Shown here piece by piece: positions 59,679-64,000 of a DNA stretch of 64,000 nucleotides. The DNA is taken from assembly GCA_963668645.2 (NCBI GenBank), contig CAXXWC010000015.1, forward strand, positions 64,001-128,000. The letters are read 5' to 3'. The DNA is from Desulfobacterales bacterium. Lineage in GTDB: Bacteria; Desulfobacterota; Desulfobacteria; Desulfobacterales; UBA2174. Position 1 is the stretch's first letter. The number at the start of each line of letters is the position of its first letter. A program made the translations under genes and the position numbers. Below the pieces are notes generated by a model. The model ran no database searches and was not told the DNA's origin. It was given only the letters and a program-made list of their open reading frames with translations.

Positions 59679-62396
59679 ATGATTTCCAAGGTTGTCCATT
59701 TAAACGGCAGTCCCAAGACGCTCATTGCACCGGCCGATGCGACTCTGGCCACCGTGCTGCGCGAACAGCTCGGCCTGACCGGCACCAAGGTCGGCTGCGG
59801 CCAGGGCCAGTGCGGCGCCTGCAGCGTAATCCTGGACGGTAAACTGGTCCGCTCCTGCGTCACCAAGTTGTCGCGGGTAAACGAGGGGGCCGCCATCACC
59901 ACCATCGAGGGGATTGGAACGCCGGATCACCTCCATCCACTGCAGCTCGCCTGGATCGCCCACGGGGGGGCCCAGTGCGGTTTTTGCAGCCCGGGCTTTA
60001 TCGTCTCGGCCAAGGCCCTGCTCGACGAAAAACCCAACCCCTCACGGGACGAAATCCGCGACTGGTTTCAGAAACACCGCAACGCCTGCCGCTGCACCGG
60101 CTACAAACAGCTCGTGGATGCGGTCACCGACGCGGCCAAGGTACTGCGCGGTGAAATGAGCGCCGACGAACTCGTCTTCAAGGTCCCGGCGGACAACCGC
60201 ATCTGGGGTACCAAGTATCCGCGCCCCACTGCGGTGGCCAAGGTAACCGGGACCCTGGACTACGGCGGCGATCTGGGCCTCAAGCTGCCCGACGACGCGC
60301 TCCACCTGGCCCTGGTCCAGGCTGAGGTGTCCCACGCCAACATCCGGGGCGTCGACACCAGCGAGGCGGAAAAGATGCCCGGGGTTTTCAAGGTCGTCAC
60401 CTGCAAGGACGTCAAGGGCAAAAACCGCATCACCGGCTTGATCACCTTCCCCACCAACAAGGGTGACGGCTGGGATCGGCCGATCCTGTGCGACGAGAAA
60501 GTCTTCCAGTACGGCGATGCCATCGCCATCGTCTGCGCCGACTCGGCGGCCAACGCCAAGGCGGCCGCAGCCAAGGTCAAGGTCGACCTGGAACCGCTGC
60601 CAGCCTACATGAGCGCACCGGCGGCCATGGCCGACGACGCCATCGAAATCCACCCGGGCACCCCCAACGTCTACTACACCCAGAAGATCGCCAAGGGACC
60701 CGAGACCCAACCGATCTTCGATCAGGCCGCCGTGGTGGTCGAAGACGACTTTTATGTGGGGCGCCAGCCGCACATGCCCATCGAGCCGGACGTCGGTTTT
60801 GCCTACCAGAACAAAGACGGCCAGCTCGTGATCCATTCCAAGTCCATCGGGCTGCACCTGCATGCAGCCATGATCGCCCCTGGCCTGGGGGTCGAGTTGG
60901 ACAAGCTGGTCATGGTGCAGAACCCGGCCGGCGGCACCTTCGGCTACAAGTTCAGCCCCACCATGGAGGCCCTGGTGGGCGCGGCCTGCCTGGCCACCGG
61001 GCGGCCGGTCTTTTTATGCTACGACTATCAGCAGCAGATGGCCTACACCGGTAAACGGTCGCCGTTTTTCGTCAACATGCGAATGGCCGCCGACCCGGAC
61101 GGCAAACTACTCGCCATGGAAACCGACTGGTCAGTGGACCATGGCCCCTACTCAGAGTTCGGCGATCTGCTCACCTTGCGCGGGGCCCAGTTCATGGGCT
61201 CCGGCTACGATATCCCGTCCATCCGCGGCGAGGGGCGTACCGTGTGCACCAACCACGCCTGGGGTTCTGCCTTCCGGGCCTACGGCGCACCCCAGAGCGA
61301 GTTCTCCTCGGAAGTGCTGATGGACGAGCTGGCCGAAAAACTCGGCATGGATCCGCTGGAGCTGCGCTACAAGAACGTCTACCGGCCCGGGGCCACCTCA
61401 CCCACCGGCCAGGCACCTGAGGTCTACTCGCTTCCTGAAATGATCGACCTGCTGCGGCCCAGGTACCAGGCGGCTCTGGCCAAGGCCAAGGCCGAATCGG
61501 CCAACGGGATCAAGAAGGGGGTCGGCATATCCGTGGGGGTCTACGGCTGCGGTCTGGACGGCCCGGACGGTTCCGAGGCCTGGCTTGAACTCAACCCAGA
61601 CGACACGGTGACGGTCTACTCCTGCTGGGAGGACCACGGCCAGGGAGCCGACGCCGGATCCCTCGGCACGGCCTTCGAGGCGCTGCGGGTCACCGGACTG
61701 CCCCCGGACAAGGTGCGGCTGGTGATGAACGACACCAGCAAGGCTCCGGCCTCGGGACCGGCGGGCGGCAGCCGTTCCCAGGTGGTCACCGGCCAGGCGA
61801 TCAAAAACGGCGCCGAGGCCCTGGTGGCCGCCATGAAAAAGCCGGACGGCTCCTACCGCACCTATGCCGAGATGCAGGCCGACAAGATTCCCACCCGCTA
61901 CACCGGCAAATGGACCGCCCCGGCGAGCAACTGCGACGAAAACAGCCAGGGCGCCCCCTTTTCCGTTTACATGTACGGGGTGTTCATGGCCGAGGTGGCC
62001 GTTGAAGCGGCCAGCGGCAAGACCAGTGTGGAGAAGATGACCCTGGTGGCCGACGTGGGCCAGATCAACAACCGCCTGGTGGTGGACGGCCAGCTTTACG
62101 GCGGCATGGCCCAGGGCATAGGCCTGGCCCTGACCGAAGACTACGAGGATCTCAAAAAGCACTCGACCCTGGCCGGAGCGGGCTTTCCCTACATCAAGCA
62201 GATCCCCGACGACATGGAGCTGATCTACGTCGAGAGCCCGCGCCCCGCAGGACCTTTCGGCGCCGGCGGAGTGGGCGAGCTGCCCCTGACCAGCCCTCAC
62301 GCGGCGGTGATCAACGCCATCAACAATGCCTGCGGCGCCAGGGTGACCCGGCTTCCGGCCCTGCCGGAAAAAGTGCTGGCCGCCATGCCGAAGTAG
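59679..62396 (+). CDS. mop: Molybdopterin aldehyde oxidoreductase (Desulfovibrio Mop type)
   Basis: GCGQGQCGAC, QCGFCSPG, NACRCTGY, GGTFGYKFSPT, AFRAYG, GGSRS, GVGE; 905 aa. Confidence 0.92.
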   Translation: MISKVVHLNGSPKTLIAPADATLATVLREQLGLTGTKVGCGQGQCGACSVILDGKLVRSCVTKLSRVNEGAAITTIEGIGTPDHLHPLQLAWIAHGGAQCGFCSPGFIVSAKALLDEKPNPSRDEIRDWFQKHRNACRCTGYKQLVDAVTDAAKVLRGEMSADELVFKVPADNRIWGTKYPRPTAVAKVTGTLDYGGDLGLKLPDDALHLALVQAEVSHANIRGVDTSEAEKMPGVFKVVTCKDVKGKNRITGLITFPTNKGDGWDRPILCDEKVFQYGDAIAIVCADSAANAKAAAAKVKVDLEPLPAYMSAPAAMADDAIEIHPGTPNVYYTQKIAKGPETQPIFDQAAVVVEDDFYVGRQPHMPIEPDVGFAYQNKDGQLVIHSKSIGLHLHAAMIAPGLGVELDKLVMVQNPAGGTFGYKFSPTMEALVGAACLATGRPVFLCYDYQQQMAYTGKRSPFFVNMRMAADPDGKLLAMETDWSVDHGPYSEFGDLLTLRGAQFMGSGYDIPSIRGEGRTVCTNHAWGSAFRAYGAPQSEFSSEVLMDELAEKLGMDPLELRYKNVYRPGATSPTGQAPEVYSLPEMIDLLRPRYQAALAKAKAESANGIKKGVGISVGVYGCGLDGPDGSEAWLELNPDDTVTVYSCWEDHGQGADAGSLGTAFEALRVTGLPPDKVRLVMNDTSKAPASGPAGGSRSQVVTGQAIKNGAEALVAAMKKPDGSYRTYAEMQADKIPTRYTGKWTAPASNCDENSQGAPFSVYMYGVFMAEVAVEAASGKTSVEKMTLVADVGQINNRLVVDGQLYGGMAQGIGLALTEDYEDLKKHSTLAGAGFPYIKQIPDDMELIYVESPRPAGPFGAGGVGELPLTSPHAAVINAINNACGARVTRLPALPEKVLAAMPK

Positions 62397-62418
62397 CAGT
62401 GCAGTGACTCTGTCCAAG

Positions 62419-62460
62419 AAAGGCGAACCCGCGGGACATCATCGCCGGGTTCGCCTTTCC
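62419..62460 (+). terminator. Strong hairpin after mop
   Basis: AAAGGCGAACCCG / CGGGTTCGCCTTT inverted repeat; short U tract. Confidence 0.5.
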
Positions 62461-62483
62461 CGGTTCAATCGCTTCCTTTTATC

Positions 62484-64000
62484 ATGGACCAACAAACCCT
62501 TCGCGATCTGGAACGCCGCTGCATCCAGGAGGAGCCACCCCCTTGCCGGGCGGCCTGCCCACTGCATGTCGACGCCCGTACCCTGACCGGCTGCATCGCC
62601 GCCGGCGACTGGGCCGGTGCCTGGCGGGTGCTGCGCCGGACCATGCCGCTGGCACCCGTTCTGGGGCGGATCTGCGATGCCCCCTGTGAAACGGAATGCA
62701 AGCGCACCGGGGCTGGAGGGGCAATCCGCATCGGCGCCCTGGAACGGGCCTGCGTGCAAACGCCCGAGCCCTCAGCGCCCCGGCCGTTGCGGCCGCCGGA
62801 CCGCGACCGGTCGGTGGCCGTCTGCGGCAGCGGACTCGCCGGTCTGACGGCCGCCTGGGACCTTGCCCGCAAAGGCTGGCGGGTGGAAATCTTCGAGCCG
62901 GGAGGGCACCTCGGTGCACCGCTGTCAGGATTCGATACCGAACTTCTCCCGCCGCAGGTCGTGGCAGCCGAGGCAGCCGCGGTCGGCAGGCTGCTGCGGG
63001 CGGTCCATCTCGAGGCCGACTTCGGCCCGTCTTCGGCCCCGGCCGATATCCGCCAGCGCTTTGATGCCGTTTTTCTCGATCTTGGAGTGGTGGCTCCGGG
63101 CCCTTGGGGGACCATCGATGAGACGTCCGGCCTGTTTACCGGCGGAAAGGACGATTCCCCGGTGATCCAGGCCGCCCAAGGACGCTGGGCCGCCACCGCC
63201 ATCGACCGCTTCCTGCAAGAGGTCTCTATCACCGCCGGCCGGGAAGGTGAAGGCCCCCGGGGGACACGGCTTTTCGTCAACCTGGATGGCGTATCCTTGG
63301 CGCAGCCCGTGGCCATGGCCGATCCGCAAGCCGGCTTCAGCCCGGAAGAGGCCGTGCGCGAGGCAGAACGCTGCCTCCAGTGCCAATGCCTCGAATGCGT
63401 CAAGGTCTGCGCCTATCTCGAACACTTCAAGGCCTACCCGCGCACGTACGCCCGCGAAATCTACAACAACGCCGCCATCGTCATGGGCGCCCGCCAGGCC
63501 AACCGTCTGATCAACAGTTGCAGCCTCTGCGGACTGTGCGAAGAAGTCTGCCCCGAAGACTTCGCCATGGCCGAGCTCTGCCTGAAAGCCCGCCAGCACA
63601 TGGTGGACCGGGGCAGGATGCCTCCCTCGGCCCATGAGTTTGCCCTGCTGGACATGGAATTCAGCCTCAGTGACCGCTTCGCCCTGGCCCGCCATGCCCC
63701 GGGCAGCGACCGCAGCACCCATCTCTTTTTCCCCGGCTGCCAGCTCTGCGCTTCGGCCCCTGAACAGATCCGGCCGGTATACGACTATTTGCGCCGCAGC
63801 CTGGACGGTCCGGTGGGATTGATGCTCGGCTGCTGCGGCGCCCCGGCCCACTGGGCCGGCCGCAGGGCCCTATACGAGGGCGTGCGCGCCGACTGGCAAC
63901 GCCAGTGGGAAACGATGGGACGCCCTGAGCTTATCCTGGCCTGCGCCACCTGCCTGGACATGTTCGGCGAGCACCTGCCCGAGGTGCCGGTGCGATCCTT
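62484..64000 (+). CDS. Pyridine nucleotide-disulfide oxidoreductase / dicluster / CCG protein (runs off window)
   Basis: Manual translation MDQQTLRDLERRCIQEEPPPCRAACPLHVD..., GSGLAG, EAERCLQCQCLECVKVC, CSLCGLCEEVCP, FPGC, CCG. Confidence 0.82.
   Translation, partial: MDQQTLRDLERRCIQEEPPPCRAACPLHVDARTLTGCIAAGDWAGAWRVLRRTMPLAPVLGRICDAPCETECKRTGAGGAIRIGALERACVQTPEPSAPRPLRPPDRDRSVAVCGSGLAGLTAAWDLARKGWRVEIFEPGGHLGAPLSGFDTELLPPQVVAAEAAAVGRLLRAVHLEADFGPSSAPADIRQRFDAVFLDLGVVAPGPWGTIDETSGLFTGGKDDSPVIQAAQGRWAATAIDRFLQEVSITAGREGEGPRGTRLFVNLDGVSLAQPVAMADPQAGFSPEEAVREAERCLQCQCLECVKVCAYLEHFKAYPRTYAREIYNNAAIVMGARQANRLINSCSLCGLCEEVCPEDFAMAELCLKARQHMVDRGRMPPSAHEFALLDMEFSLSDRFALARHAPGSDRSTHLFFPGCQLCASAPEQIRPVYDYLRRSLDGPVGLMLGCCGAPAHWAGRRALYEGVRADWQRQWETMGRPELILACATCLDMFGEHLPEVPVRS

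Overview
GC-rich bacterial chromosome segment; gene content (Mop-type aldehyde oxidoreductase, Sec formate dehydrogenase, TRAP systems) suggests an anaerobic Desulfobacterota-like organism, which is inference. Most of it is amino-acid catabolism and Mo/W-enzyme genes: TRAP and Pot-like ABC transporters, a proline racemase, an unusual two-domain KamA with a frameshifted beta-lysine acetyltransferase, an AlaA-like aminotransferase, a rocD-OTC-arcE-like-arcC cluster, pruA, and a PhsA-like/FDH/ModE/Mop block. An AT-rich island at about 20.65-26.75 kb holds a complete integron (intI, attI, two cassettes with matching attC sites) followed by a RAYT transposase interrupted by an IS3 element. Best candidates for novelty: (1) a 35-aa Ala-rich leader peptide with two tandem terminators upstream of the aminotransferase (putative alanine attenuator); (2) an arginine-synthetase-type arc cluster with no arcA in the window; (3) two uncharacterised integron cassettes; (4) a KamA fused to a degenerate second KamA domain. 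All family calls come from motif recognition by eye; no searches were run.
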